The notes under the pieces: model-generated
Database searches by the model: none
The model's input: the letters and a program-made list of their open reading frames with translations, nothing else
Told to the model about the DNA's origin: nothing
Part shown: piece after piece, positions 18,615 through 27,153 of the stretch
Numbering within the stretch: the stretch's first letter is position 1
How the letters are laid out: every line of letters begins with the position of its first letter
DNA from: Chloropicon primus
Taxonomy: Eukaryota
Assembly (NCBI GenBank): GCA_023205875.1
Contig: CP060760.1
Span: forward strand, 620,001 to 684,000
Direction of reading: 5' to 3'
DNA length: 64,000 bases
Translations under genes and position numbers: made by a program

Positions 18615-21179
18615 ATGGAGGGCAGAGGGTCGAGGAAGGAGGAGATGGAGTCGCCGGCCTCCTCCCGATCCTTCTCTTCCTTCTCCTCGTCGTCCCTGAG
18701 CAGGACCATCCTGAAGCTGCCGAAGAACATAAGCAAGTCCCTCAAAGTGACTTTCGAGCAGATTGCGCACAAGAAGGAGAGCAAAGTACGACGGAAGGCG
18801 TCCGTGAATCTGTTCCAGGCGCTCACCGCGATGAAGAAGGGCCTGCAGGTGTGGAAGCTGCCGCACAGGCACAAGCTGGTGGGGAAGGCCCACATGTGCT
18901 TCCTCAGGCTCTCCAGCGACGAGAAGTTTTTGTACTGGTACAGTCACAAGAACAAGTCAGAGGTCACGGTGTACGTGGACCAAATCGTGGAGGTGGTTGC
19001 CGACCTTCCGAGCGATTTGAGCTCCTGGAAGGGCTACAGCGAATCCTTGGCTTTCACGGTGTACTTTCAGGTTGGGATCTCGCCGGGGCGCCGGGACTCG
19101 CCCACGGCGAGCTCCAGGGACCCGGGGAGCGGGGGCGTTGGGAACGTGACCTTCGTTTGCAAGAACGAGATGGAGCACAGAATATTCACGAGCGTGTTGA
19201 GGATACTGCACGAGGTCGCCAACCACAGCGGCGCGAGCTTGCTTTCATCGGCCAGGGAGCAGAAGACGCCGAGCGCGACGGCGGGGGGGGGTGGGCACCA
19301 CCGGGCCAAGTCCCTCTTGCCTCCCGACGTAATGACTTCGGAGATCGGCTCGATCTTGAAGGGCTTGGGTGCGAGGGCAGGGGAATCGAAATCCGCCATC
19401 GAGTCCTCGCTGACCCCGGCGGGACTCAAGTTCAGCGCCTCCGACTTGACCAGGAAACTTACCTTTGACGAGGCCGAGATGCTGGAGAGCTCCAGCGTTT
19501 TGGACGACGCAGCGCCATCCGTTTCGGACGTCTCCAACCTCGATTCCAGGGCGGTGGAGGTCTCGGAGAGCACCGCCAGCTTCCAGGACGGGGGCAGGGT
19601 GATCGCGGACCTGTGGGTCTGGGGCAGGGATATGGACAAGGTCGGGAACTGCGTTTCAGATCAGATGTTCCCCGCCCTCCTTCACGGCCAGAAGACTCTT
19701 GACGCGTTTCAGATCGCGTGCGGCGAGCACCACGTCGTAATTATTGACGAGTTTGGCTCCGTCTACACGTGGGGATTCTCGGGGGCGGGCCAGCTTGGGC
19801 ACGGCGCCCCCGTCGAAAGTTACGGGCCCATGCAAGTGAAGGCCTTTGAGGGAAGCGTGGTGACCCAGGTGAGCTGCGGGACCACCACAACTGCGGCGAT
19901 TACCGAGAAGGGGGAGGCGTTCTTCTGGGGACAGCCGATGTACTCCTTGAGCAAGCCCACGTGGTACCCCAAACTTCTTGACACTGGCAAGCACAGAGTG
20001 AAACAGATCTCGTGCGGCGCCTATCACTTTGCGATGTGCACGCTCGATGGAAAGGTCCTGACGTGCGGGGGGGGCAAGTTCGGCGCGCTTGGCCACGGCT
20101 CGCTGGACAACTGCCTGAAGCCCAAGGTCGTGGAGGCGCTTGAGATATACAGCGTGGAGCAAGTGTCGTGCGGAGTGTGGCACACGTGCGTGGTGCTGAG
20201 AAGGAAGGGGGAGAGGAAGCAGGGAAGCAAAAAGTATTTTGGGGAAGTTTATGGCTGGGGGGACAATTCGGTCGGACAGCTCGGATATAAGGAACCGAGG
20301 ATGATCACGCTGCCCCTGTGGATCAGAGGGCTGAAGGACATAGACGTCAGGGCGGTGGAGTGCGGGAGGCATCACACCCTCGCGGTCACGGAGGGGGGCC
20401 TCCTGTACTCCTGGGGGTCAAACCGATCCGGCCAGCTGGGCAGAAAGCTGGGCGCGGACGAGTCTGGACACGAGCCGGGCCTGGTGGATTTGAAGGGTCA
20501 CGTCGTGACCGAGATCTCTGCCGGGATGGATCACAACCTAGTCATCGCGCTGAAGGGAAACCAATCCCTCCTCTACTCTTGGGGCTGCGGGGACCACGGG
20601 TGCCTGGGCCTCGGAGACTCCCGGTCCGTCAGCCTGCCCACGCAAGTCCAGAGGCTCGCGAGGAAGACAGTCGTGAGCGTGGCGTGCGGGGCGAACACAA
20701 GCTGCGCCATGGTGGAGCACCACTTCCAGAAGGAAATGGAGAGGGCGGACAAGTGCAAGCAGTGCGGGAGAAAGCTCTCTTCCGGGATCAGGAATCAGAA
20801 AAAGAGCTGCGCCAGGTGCAGGGTGGTGTTCTGCAAGCAGTGCGTCAAGCAATATGGTTTGCTCAAGCCGCTCCTGCCGTACAATGCGCTGCCGAACGTG
20901 AGTCCAGTGAGGCAGCCCAAGTGCCCCAACGTGTGCCTCGAGTGCAGGGACATTCTGATGGAGGCACAGCTCACGACAAAGTACCACTCGCAAGACATGC
21001 AGCAGAGAAGGCTCAAGCAGGCCAGGGCGCCGTTGGCTCCCAAGTACGTGTCCGTGGCACCGGAGAGGACGATCGCCGACCTGGAGAAGGAGCTCCGGGC
21101 CGCGCACGAGGAAATACTGGTGCTCAAGGGGCGACTCCGACAGCAGGGAAGGCCAGAGGAGAGTAACTCTCGCGAATGA
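18615..21179 (+). CDS. PH-RCC1-FYVE (PRAF/RLD-like) protein
   Basis: N-terminal PH-like domain (LRLSSDEKFLYWYS), several RCC1 repeats (IACGEHH, VYTWG..GQLGHG), a Cys-rich FYVE-like finger and a terminal coiled coil. Confidence 0.88.
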   Translation: MEGRGSRKEEMESPASSRSFSSFSSSSLSRTILKLPKNISKSLKVTFEQIAHKKESKVRRKASVNLFQALTAMKKGLQVWKLPHRHKLVGKAHMCFLRLSSDEKFLYWYSHKNKSEVTVYVDQIVEVVADLPSDLSSWKGYSESLAFTVYFQVGISPGRRDSPTASSRDPGSGGVGNVTFVCKNEMEHRIFTSVLRILHEVANHSGASLLSSAREQKTPSATAGGGGHHRAKSLLPPDVMTSEIGSILKGLGARAGESKSAIESSLTPAGLKFSASDLTRKLTFDEAEMLESSSVLDDAAPSVSDVSNLDSRAVEVSESTASFQDGGRVIADLWVWGRDMDKVGNCVSDQMFPALLHGQKTLDAFQIACGEHHVVIIDEFGSVYTWGFSGAGQLGHGAPVESYGPMQVKAFEGSVVTQVSCGTTTTAAITEKGEAFFWGQPMYSLSKPTWYPKLLDTGKHRVKQISCGAYHFAMCTLDGKVLTCGGGKFGALGHGSLDNCLKPKVVEALEIYSVEQVSCGVWHTCVVLRRKGERKQGSKKYFGEVYGWGDNSVGQLGYKEPRMITLPLWIRGLKDIDVRAVECGRHHTLAVTEGGLLYSWGSNRSGQLGRKLGADESGHEPGLVDLKGHVVTEISAGMDHNLVIALKGNQSLLYSWGCGDHGCLGLGDSRSVSLPTQVQRLARKTVVSVACGANTSCAMVEHHFQKEMERADKCKQCGRKLSSGIRNQKKSCARCRVVFCKQCVKQYGLLKPLLPYNALPNVSPVRQPKCPNVCLECRDILMEAQLTTKYHSQDMQQRRLKQARAPLAPKYVSVAPERTIADLEKELRAAHEEILVLKGRLRQQGRPEESNSRE

Positions 21180-21200
21180 AAAATAGTTTCTGATTTACTC

Positions 21201-21455
21201 TTACTTTCTCCCTTTCAACACCGCGCTCAGCTCGGTCATGAGACTGAGACCGGACGGCCCAGGCCCTCCCAGCCTCTGTGGCCTCTTCTCAGGTTCCTCT
21301 TGCCTGTTCGTGTCGTCCAGCACGACGACGTCGGCTTCCTCCTCCGCTCTCGCTCGCGCCGCAACCCATTCCTTGGACGGCAGACGCCTCCCTCCGCGGG
21401 ACCTCGGCCTCCTCCGTCTCCTCAGGGTAGGACCCTCCTCCTCCTCGCTTGCCAT
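21201..21455 (-). CDS. Putative 84-aa protein with a C-terminal actin-binding-like motif (SLMTELSAVLKGRK)
   Basis: GCCATGG start context; fills the gap between two plus-strand genes; coding-like codon usage. Confidence 0.4.
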   Translation of the reverse strand: MASEEEEGPTLRRRRRPRSRGGRRLPSKEWVAARARAEEEADVVVLDDTNRQEEPEKRPQRLGGPGPSGLSLMTELSAVLKGRK

Positions 21456-21530
21456 GGACCACCGAGGAGCCAGCGACGAGCGTTACTCTCTCCTGCGAAA
21501 CATAACCGATCTCGTCCGTCGGCCGATGCG

Positions 21531-22790
21531 ATGGAGGAGAGAAGGAGCGGAAGGAAGAGGCGACGCGCGTCGACGTCGGGTGGGGGTGCGGGGGATAACC
21601 CGTATGCACGGCAGTTCAATGCCTCCGTCGGGAAGGCGAAGAGATCTCCGAAACTTCACAGGACGTCCCCTGGCCTGTTCGGAGTGAGCGAAGGGACAGT
21701 GCTCGAGCTGAAGAAGGTCCAAGAGCTCAAGGAGCCCGTGGTGGTTTTGCCTCCCTCGATTGGGTTCCTCAAGCGCGTGAGCTCTCTGACGGAGGACAGG
21801 GAAGCGATGGAGCAGTTCATTGAGGAGGCGAGGGTGGACACCGTCGTGCCGAGTCTGTCGCCGAGCGAAAGGGTGCGGGTCTTTGGTCGGCGGGCATTCG
21901 AGGACGACGAGGAGGGCGCCAAGCCGAAAGGAAAGCGGCAGAGGCCACCCACGAGCGCCAATGATCTCCAGGACGTTCCCGTTCTCTGCGTCCCTTCTGT
22001 CGCGGTCATCGGGCCGAGGCCGAGGCCGACCTCCGCGGCGGCGGCGACGCCGAGGGTTGGGCCGACGAGGGTTGGGCCGACCTCGCCCGCGGCCACGTCG
22101 ACCGACAAGGGGTTCGTCCTGACCGACGAGCAGAGGAGAAGGTACAGGCAGCTGAGGCACTCGAACTGCATGATGGAAGTTGTAAAACTGGCAAACGAGC
22201 TCGACCAAGCGCTTGAGGAGTTGGACTTGACCAGAGCCACCCTGGTTCTGGCCTACCTTGACACTCTGGGCAACAACCTCACGCACGAGATGATCCAGAT
22301 CGCCGAGCTGGGGACGAAGCTCTGCAAGGCGTTGCGCATCGTAAGCGCCGGCGGATCGGAGTCCTTGCCAGACGAGGAGAGGATCAGGCACCAAGTCTTG
22401 AGGTCCGCGGCGGAGAAGATCACTCGAACTTGCGTCACGGTGCTGGAAAACTCCGCGAGATTGATGATCAGGGGGACCACGTACTCTCACAACGTTCTCG
22501 ACATCCTCCTCACAGATGCAGCGATGAGCCTGGAGCATGGTAAGCGGCGCTCCATAAAACGATCCCGCGGGGATCCGCTTCGTCCCTCCCCGAGCGATGC
22601 CGCTGACGCTACTCTCGTCCTCCCTGCAGGAAACCGCGACGGGCCGACGACCGATGCTCTTCCCCCGGAGGAGCAGATGGCGAGAGACCTCCGCCACGAA
22701 AGGAAGGGGGGCGAGAGCAACCCGACAGGCAAGTGGAAAAGGTTCATGAAGCGAGTCCCGTCATCCACACATAACAACAACAACTTGTAA
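21531..22790 (+). CDS. Hypothetical nuclear protein (basic NLS-like motifs, possible TFIIS-N-like helical domain)
   Basis: ATG at 21531 within a long ORF; GRKRRR and KGKRQR motifs; helical central region. Confidence 0.6.
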   Translation: MEERRSGRKRRRASTSGGGAGDNPYARQFNASVGKAKRSPKLHRTSPGLFGVSEGTVLELKKVQELKEPVVVLPPSIGFLKRVSSLTEDREAMEQFIEEARVDTVVPSLSPSERVRVFGRRAFEDDEEGAKPKGKRQRPPTSANDLQDVPVLCVPSVAVIGPRPRPTSAAAATPRVGPTRVGPTSPAATSTDKGFVLTDEQRRRYRQLRHSNCMMEVVKLANELDQALEELDLTRATLVLAYLDTLGNNLTHEMIQIAELGTKLCKALRIVSAGGSESLPDEERIRHQVLRSAAEKITRTCVTVLENSARLMIRGTTYSHNVLDILLTDAAMSLEHGKRRSIKRSRGDPLRPSPSDAADATLVLPAGNRDGPTTDALPPEEQMARDLRHERKGGESNPTGKWKRFMKRVPSSTHNNNNL

Positions 22791-22988
22791 GAAGAAGAAG
22801 AACGACGCCTTAGATTGATCCCTCTCTCTCATGATGCCATGCTGCTGCCATGCTGACATGCTGCGTAACGTCCAGGGCTGCTGCTGCTGGCGATTCATTA
22901 AAGATCGATCATCAGAGCAAAGGCGAGGGCGAGGGGGGCGAGCGAGGCGACAGGAAGAGGAGGGGAGCGAGGCGCGTCGACACCAAGA

Positions 22989-23293
22989 ATGGCTGCTGCT
23001 GCGGGTCCTGCTGCTGTCGCGAAAAGGAAGAAGGGCTCCTCGGCCGGCAGTGGGAAGAAGGAAGACACACGTCTGTTACACGATCGCGGCGGCTTGGCGG
23101 AGGCGAGCGAGGACGACAGTGGCGAGGATCAAGACCACTTGGAGTTCCCAAAGCACGCGAAGCGTTTCAGATCCGGATCCAGCTTTTGCGGCTCGAAGGA
23201 TTGGCGTGGCGTGGCCTTGGATCTTCAGGAGAAGGTAAGCCCAGCGCGTTTCATGCCCAGCAACACAGAAAACGCCCCAAAGAGAGAGAGGGA

Positions 23294-23337
<44 letters not shown>

Positions 23338-24288
23338 TGCTGACGAGCTTCCTTTGTTGCACGTCGCAAGGTGGTGCTCCTCCAGTCTATCCTGGATCGC
23401 ATGGCCCCCTTGCTGGTGGGCCTTCACAATATTGATCTGAACCGAGACCGGACGGAGTCTTCTCTGTCCCTGCCAGCAAGGTGTCAGACCAGGTCGGCCA
23501 GCGCCGACAAGAATGCCATGGTGGATCACCTCCTGGAGCTCCTGCACAGCTCCGGGGTGCAGGAGCTCCAGGAGGTGAAGCCAGATGGGGCCTCGGACCT
23601 CCCCGATCCGATGGACCACTACGACTACGAGTGCAAGCTCAGAGCCTTTGAGGAGGTTCTGTGGCTTCTCCCAACCTACTGGAACGTGCCGAACCTGATG
23701 GAGCTGTCCATCATCCACCTCGAGGCCAGCGCAAGGGACATCGCGGAAGACTTGCTGCAGGAGAAGGACGACGTGTCCTCCACGGAGGCCAAGACAGCCA
23801 GAATCGTGTCCCTGATCCTGCACCTGGCGGGGCTGGTGTGCTCGCACGACCCCTTCGAGAACGAGATGGACGACGTGCAGCAGATTCACGCGGTGAAGGA
23901 GTCTTGCGTCAACATCTTAAGAGCCCTCGGGACCCACCCCATCATCAACCTCCAGATCATCCAGTGCTTCGTGAAGCAGCTCTTGGCCAGGGCCACTGCC
24001 GCTTTGGACAGTCAGACCGCGTCTCACCACGTCTTCGTCGAAGGTTTTTACTGGATACTCCACACCCTGGAGATGACTCTGGAGAAAGAGATGTGCCTGG
24101 ACGATCCGCTCACCATCTCAAAGTGGTCCACGGTCCAGGACGTGACGCAGAACATCCTGCAGCTCGAGATCGCCCTGCTGGACGACAACAACGCCCTGAG
24201 CAGAAACATCTTGTTCATGGGAAAGTGGAAGGAGATTCTGAAGCGGTTCTCCGTGTACTTTCTCGTCAAGTGCAACCATCATCCTTAA
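22989..24288 (+). CDS. Hypothetical helical protein, 2 exons (22989-23234, 23371-24288)
   Basis: GTAAG donor at 23235; the (GA)n-containing intron ends in CAAG at 23370; the frame is preserved. Confidence 0.7.
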
Positions 24289-24355
24289 AAACACAATACT
24301 TTACAAAAAGGGCCTTGCTTACTTTATTCTATCCACGGTCGTGGCCAAGGCTAGA

Positions 24356-24985
24356 CTAGACGCTCTCCGCAGGACTGGACTCCGCGCCGGAACTGCTGGA
24401 ACTGCTGTCTGAGCTCGAAGTGCTGGTGCTGGTGGTGCTGGTGCTGCTGGAGCTCACACTCCTCGACAACGATTCTTCACCACTTGCAGTCGATCCTTTC
24501 GTGACGCCCGCTCCGTTCCCTTCCTCCTGCAGGGCAACGAGTGTGTCCCTCCTGCAGATTGGACAAGTTGGTCGCCTTATTCCGAGCCACGCGTCAATGC
24601 AAACCTTGTGAAACGTGTGGTGACACACTGGCAGCGACCTGATGAGATCTCCGTCCTGGAACTGTTCGAAGCAGACGGTGCACTCGTCGTCTTCCATCGT
24701 AGAGCTGTCGAAGGTGAGCTCACGGATTTTCTTCAGCACGGAGGACTTCAAAGATGACGACCTTCTTCGATTCCTCGCCCTCGGCTCACCGCCACCAGAG
24801 CCAGCCTCGCCCTCCCTCCCAGCTTCCACGTCCAATCCTCCTGCCTGCACCCTGTTCCGCCTTCGCCTGTTCCACCACAGGAAAGCTCTGCTCTTGAAGT
24901 GGACGCATACTCTGTAGGTCGTCAAGAAGATAATGAGTCCAAGAAAAGGTTGCAAGAAACCAAAGATCTCCTCACCGAGAGACAT
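24356..24985 (-). CDS. ATL-type RING-H2 E3 ubiquitin ligase
   Basis: N-terminal TM helix and CTVC..C.H.FH..CID.W...CPIC RING-H2. Confidence 0.9.
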   Translation of the reverse strand: MSLGEEIFGFLQPFLGLIIFLTTYRVCVHFKSRAFLWWNRRRRNRVQAGGLDVEAGREGEAGSGGGEPRARNRRRSSSLKSSVLKKIRELTFDSSTMEDDECTVCFEQFQDGDLIRSLPVCHHTFHKVCIDAWLGIRRPTCPICRRDTLVALQEEGNGAGVTKGSTASGEESLSRSVSSSSTSTTSTSTSSSDSSSSSSGAESSPAESV

Positions 24986-25334
24986 ATAACGAGTTGTCTT
25001 GCTTGCTTGCTTGTACGTTTAACCAACAACTGCGATACCCCTCGTCCACCGGTACCGCTTCTAAGTTGTTGCTGGCCCTTTGGGTCCTTCCTTCCCCTTT
25101 TCTCTCTGTCTCCACCAAAAAAGATCCGTAAAGCGTTCACGTGCTTCGCTCTGAGGAGGAGTAATGGAGTAATCAATCGTCAGCAACAGGTGAATGTGAT
25201 GCAGGAAGAGACCACGAAAAAGAACGCCCATCCATCATCTGGCACCAGCATCCCCTTCCTCTTCACTTTGCCCTCCACCATGACCATCAATGGGCTACCT
25301 CATCCCTTTCCCACTGCGCAAGTGAGGCAGTGGG

Positions 25335-25840
25335 CCTCCTCCTCCATCCATCAAAGGACTCTTCTCTTTGGAAGGAGCAAGATCCAGTGGAAGAGACCAT
25401 GCAAGACACAAAGCCCTCCCAATCCTCCCTCCCCGCCATCATCATCATCATCATCGCCTCCCTCCTCCTCCTCCTCCTCCTCCTCCTCCGCCATCCACCA
25501 AAGGACTCTTCTCTTTGGAAGGAGCAGGTGGAAGTACAAGGAGCAAGATCCAATGGAAGGAGCAAGATCCAGTGGAAGAGACTATGCAAGACGCAAAGCC
25601 CTCCCAATCCTCCCTCCCCGCCATCATCATCATCATCATCATCGCCTCCTCCTCCTCCTCCTCCTCCTCCTCCGCCATCCACCAAAGGACTCTTCTCTTT
25701 GGAAGGAGCAGGTGGAAGTACAAGGAGCAAGATCCAATGGAAGGAGCAAGATCCAGTGGAAGAGACTATGCAAGACGCAAAGCCCTCCCAATCCTCCCTC
25801 CCCGCCATCATCATCATCATCATCATCGCCTCCCTCCTCG
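25335..25840. repeat. Tandem repeat, 3 copies (periods ~147 and ~184 bp), containing (CAT)n and (CCT)n tracts
   Basis: aaggactcttctctttggaaggagca recurs at 25354, 25501 and 25685. Confidence 0.9.
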
Positions 25841-25877
25841 CCGATCGCCAAAAATCGGAGGAGAAGAGAGAGGAGGA

Positions 25878-27092
25878 ATGGCGACGGTGGTGGTGGTAGA
25901 CAATGGCGCCGGGACGGTGAAGGCGGAGAGTGCGAGTGCGGAGGGACCCTTGCGGTTCACGAATGCGGCCGGGAAGTCGCGCGGGGAGAGCTTCACGAGG
26001 TACGGGGACTTTTCCCAGGTGAAGGACATCACGGGGCTCGCGCTGCGACGGCCTCACGAGCGAGGGTACCTTTGTAACGCGGACCTCGAGAAGGAGATCT
26101 GGTCGTTCATCTTCAAGAGCAGGCTTAGGATAAGTCCGAGGGAGAGCGGTCTGCTGGTGACGGAGCCTCTGCTGAACCTTCCGGCGTGCCAGGCGGCGGC
26201 GGAGCAGCTCGTGTTCGAGGACTTTGGCTTCCACTCGTACTACGCGTGCAGTTCCCAGCAGCTCGCTGCACGGGGCCACTTCGAGGCCTCGAGAGGGTCG
26301 TCGGATGCCAGCGCGGCGGACACGGGGCTCGTTGTGGACCTCGGCCATTCCTTCACGAGCGCCGTCCCGGTGTTTGACAACCGGGTGCTGAACTACGGGG
26401 TGAGGCGGCTGGATTTCGGCGGGAAAGCAGCCACCAACCTTCTCAAGGAGGTGGTCTCTTACCGGTCCCTGAACGTGATGAACGAGCCCTACATCGTGGA
26501 GATCATGAAGGAGGATACTTGCTTCGTGTCTCAGGACGCCGTGAACGACTTGAGGGCGGCCCAGCAGTCCAAAAAATCTTTCTCTCTGGACTACGTGCTG
26601 CCTGACGGAATGACAGTTTTCCGGCCTCGCGTCAAGACGGAGGAGGACAATGAGAACTTGACCAAGGGCTTCAAGAATCCGAGGCACGCGCCGCAAGTCG
26701 CTTGCTTGACTCACGAGAGGTTCATGGTCCCGGAGGTGTACTTCAACCCCTCCGACGTGGGGCTGAACCAGGCAGGCATCGCGGAGCTTGTGCTGCAGTC
26801 GTGCGAGTGCGTCGACCCCATTCTGCAGCCCTTGCTCCTCTCCAACGTCCTCCTCGTCGGCGGAGGGTCCCTGCTGCCCGGACTCGTGGATCGCTTCAGG
26901 ACCGAGTTGAGGAAGGTTGCACCGATAGACTGCCCGATCAATGTCTGGCACTCTCCAGAACGAGCCATCACGTCTGCTTGGTTCGGAGGGAAGGCGGTGG
27001 TGGACTCGGGGGAGTACGCGTCCAAGGCCATGACTAGACAAGAGTATCAGGAGCACGGCTGCGACCCAACGAGGAGAAAGTTCATCTCTTGA
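25878..27092 (+). CDS. ARP6: Actin-related protein 6 (SWR1 complex)
   Basis: VVDNGAGTVK, RRPHERGY, RRLDFGGKAATNLLKEVVSYR, YVLPDG and ERFMVPE..F.PSD.GL.QAGI motifs. Confidence 0.92.
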   Translation: MATVVVVDNGAGTVKAESASAEGPLRFTNAAGKSRGESFTRYGDFSQVKDITGLALRRPHERGYLCNADLEKEIWSFIFKSRLRISPRESGLLVTEPLLNLPACQAAAEQLVFEDFGFHSYYACSSQQLAARGHFEASRGSSDASAADTGLVVDLGHSFTSAVPVFDNRVLNYGVRRLDFGGKAATNLLKEVVSYRSLNVMNEPYIVEIMKEDTCFVSQDAVNDLRAAQQSKKSFSLDYVLPDGMTVFRPRVKTEEDNENLTKGFKNPRHAPQVACLTHERFMVPEVYFNPSDVGLNQAGIAELVLQSCECVDPILQPLLLSNVLLVGGGSLLPGLVDRFRTELRKVAPIDCPINVWHSPERAITSAWFGGKAVVDSGEYASKAMTRQEYQEHGCDPTRRKFIS

Positions 27093-27153
27093 TATGCCGA
27101 CGGTGACCACGTGGAGAGAGAACTCCTGTACACAAGTATATTGTATTGCTATT

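Noticed and set aside
20745..20950. Degenerate FYVE motif (KKSC instead of RHHC) and no BRX domain in the PRAF protein
   Set aside because: Plausibly normal variation among algal members; cannot be judged without an alignment.
25368..25877. 170-aa N-terminal extension of ARP6 with poly-His/Pro/Ile/Ser
   Set aside because: It is the translation of a tandem repeat whose frame rotates between copies; the conserved ARP6 start is at 25878.
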